A stretch of DNA of 55,392 nt from Alphaproteobacteria bacterium (lineage in GTDB: Bacteria; Pseudomonadota; Alphaproteobacteria; Rs-D84), in assembly GCA_017522445.1 (NCBI GenBank), contig JAFWZK010000045.1, positions 1 to 55,392 on the forward strand, read 5' to 3'. A model generated the notes under the pieces. It made no database searches and had not been told where the DNA came from. It worked only from the letters and a program-made list of their open reading frames with translations. The position numbers and the translations under genes were made by a program. Positions 53,969 to 55,392 of the stretch are shown in pieces. How positions within the stretch are numbered: the stretch's first letter is position 1; each line of letters starts with the position of its first letter.

Positions 53969-54179
53969 GAATCCAAGATCTTGGGTTCGGGACTTTCCTA
54001 GTCCACTAAATTCGGTGCGAAAGCATCGTTAATTGATGTTATCGGTGTTTTTGCGCCGTTATCATCCCTGATTTTGGTCGGGGTGCTGTTGGTTATATAA
54101 AACGGATTTCCGGAAGACCGCAGAATCAGTAATTTAGTGATTAGGAACACCCCGACCGCCTTTTTCTTGGGCGGTTTTT
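53969..54179 (+). ncRNA. Structured leader/ncRNA element, copy B, ending in a strong intrinsic terminator
   Basis: It has the same ordered blocks as copy A: TTGAATCCA 53967, TGGGTTCGGG 53982, ATTCGGTG 54010, ATCCCTGA 54064, GTCGGGG 54077 and CCCCGACCGCC 54150. The terminator is ccgcc-tttttcttg-ggcgg plus T5. Confidence 0.5.
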
Positions 54180-54200
54180 ATATAAAATAGGAGAGATTTT

Positions 54201-54305
54201 ATGAAAAAAGTGTTATGTATTCTGCCAGTTCTGGCTTTGACAGCTTGTGACAAACCAACAACATCTATTGGAGGCCAATGGTGTAATCTCCACCCGTGGC
54301 ATTAA
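54201..54305 (+). pseudogene. Truncated small lipoprotein ORF
   Basis: RBS aggagag. MKKVLCILPVLALTACDKPTTS has the lipobox LTAC. From about 54265 the frame reads into foreign GC-rich DNA and stops at 54305. Confidence 0.5.
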
Positions 54306-55392
54306 GGCGGACGCATTTCGATACGGTGAGCTGGTCTTTGATGTCAACTCCGCCTACTTCTACAATCATGGCGGCTATGACTTCGCAAAACAATTTTACA
54401 CCGACGCTTACAAAGCCGCAATCAAAATCGTAGGCGGAGAGCAGTATATTTTGTCGGCGGTCATGCATGCCGACGAGCGCAACCGGGCCATGTCCGAGGC
54501 GCTGGGGGAGGACGTGTACCACTACCACCTCCATGTGGTCTATATCCCGGTGGTGGAGAAGGAGATACGATGGACAAAGCGGTGCAAGGACAAATCCCTG
54601 GTGGGCAAGGTCAAAGAAACCGTTATGCAGGTCAGCATGAGCAAAAAGTGGGCGTCCCAGCCCGCAGTAGACGAGGCCACCGGGGAGCCATTACGAACAG
54701 CAAAGGGCAAGCCTGTTCTGAGAAAGTCGTACAGCGTCTTGCAGGATGATTTCTTTCAGCAGATGCGCTCCGCTGGCTACACGGACTTGGAGCGTGGAGA
54801 GCGTGGCAGTTCCGAGGAACATCTGACGGTCACGCAGTTCAAGGTGAAGTGTGAACAGGAGCGGTTGGCACAGCTTCAGGAGGCGGCTGTGCTGGCCCAG
54901 GCCGAGGTTGACCGAAAGAACAGGGAGGCGGCAGCTGCCGAGAAGAAAGCGGCCCAAGCCAAGGCCAAACTAAACGATGTGGCCCCCATGCTGAAAGGCA
55001 TGGAGAAGCTGGCGGAGGAATTTTCCAGCGACCCGGAACAGGTCTTGCCAGAAGCGGGACCGCTGGAATCGGCCAGAGCCTACCGGGAGAAAAAGGCCAA
55101 GCCCTTATGGGCGAAGATCGTCAAGGTGCTGCGGTCTGTCTATCGGGCCTACTACGACCTCAAATCCAAATTTGAGCGGCTGCAAGCGGACTATGGCCGG
55201 GAGGTCAGCAAAAACAGCACCTTATCAGAAAGAATTTACGAGGTCTGCGCCGAGAGGGACAGTCTAAAGGGAAAGGTCAGAGACTATGAGCGGGTCAGGC
55301 GGGCCATTGGCCCGGAACAGGCGGACAGAATATTAGAGGCCGCTTACCAGCAGGAACAGGCTGAAAAGGAACGGAAACGGGCCGCAAGGCAA
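54271..55392 (+). mobile_element. 5'-truncated MobV/Pre-family relaxase (plasmid recombination enzyme) gene fragment; it runs off the right edge
   Basis: Frame 1 is open from 54241 to the window end. It reads ...GIKADAFRYGELVFDVNSAYF...ILSAVMHADERNRAMSEALGEDVYHYHLHVVYIPVVEKE...HLTVTQFKVKCEQERLAQLQ and then a coiled coil. The H-x-D-E...H-x-H motif III is present, but the N-terminal ~90 aa carrying motif I are absent. GC content is visibly much higher than the flanking DNA. Confidence 0.75.

Noticed and set aside
36625-54270. Integrase, transposase or conjugation genes that would define the island as an intact mobile element
   Set aside because: I read all ORFs of at least 60 aa on both strands. 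None shows tyrosine or serine recombinase, DDE transposase or T4SS motifs. Only the truncated MobV fragment beyond the right edge is mobility-related.

Overview
The 55.4-kb window has three visibly different compositional blocks. All family calls come from motif recognition by eye; no database search was run.

**Block 1 (1 to ~36.6 kb), native-looking, moderately AT-rich DNA.** The REP-type palindromes, whose translations look like WIPAVAGMTEW or LDCHGFASQ, suggest a proteobacterium; this is inference only.
- A ~27-kb run of genes encodes large secreted proteins that carry signal peptides and are cysteine-rich or low-complexity.
- These include a 1542-aa protein built from eukaryote-like CxxC..G.Y modules plus Listeria-Bacteroides repeats.
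- They also include an ankyrin protein with a barrel-like C-terminus.
- A tandem trio of paralogs shares an N-module C-x2-AY-x2-CMD-x-FC. Two of the three, plus several neighbouring proteins, carry glycine-zipper segments, and those two share the ending CEDI-x-M.
- The run is interrupted only by infA.
- Downstream lie a YgiW-like OB-fold gene, recO, a DsbA-like gene, a GT8 gene, two GNAT cassettes inside an array of tRNA-Glu 3'-end remnants, tRNA-Glu, tRNA-Asp, DUF1015 and an Ntn (choloylglycine-type) hydrolase.

**Block 2 (~36.6 to 54.27 kb), a lower-GC island.** It begins exactly where a promoter-bearing tRNA-Gln(CUG) gene is cut off after position 41.
- It carries a glycosyltransferase / HAD / HprK-like / Nudix / NDK-like cluster.
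- It carries a tightly coupled operon encoding a small membrane protein, a GrpE-like protein, an 830-aa Hsp70-like protein, a classic AAA+ ATPase, an HPD-less J-like tail-anchored protein and three small membrane proteins.
- This operon is the best candidate for an undescribed system.
- A ~230-nt structured leader RNA precedes the operon, and a diverged second copy lies 10 kb downstream.
- An EcoRI-family adenine methyltransferase and a signal-peptide-bearing PLD/Nuc nuclease sit between the two RNA copies.

**Block 3 (54.27 to 55.39 kb), GC-rich.** It is a 5'-truncated MobV/Pre relaxase fragment joined abruptly to the island. The junction is either a mobilisable-element scar or an assembly chimera.

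No rRNA, CRISPR array, integrase, transposase or reverse transcriptase was recognised.
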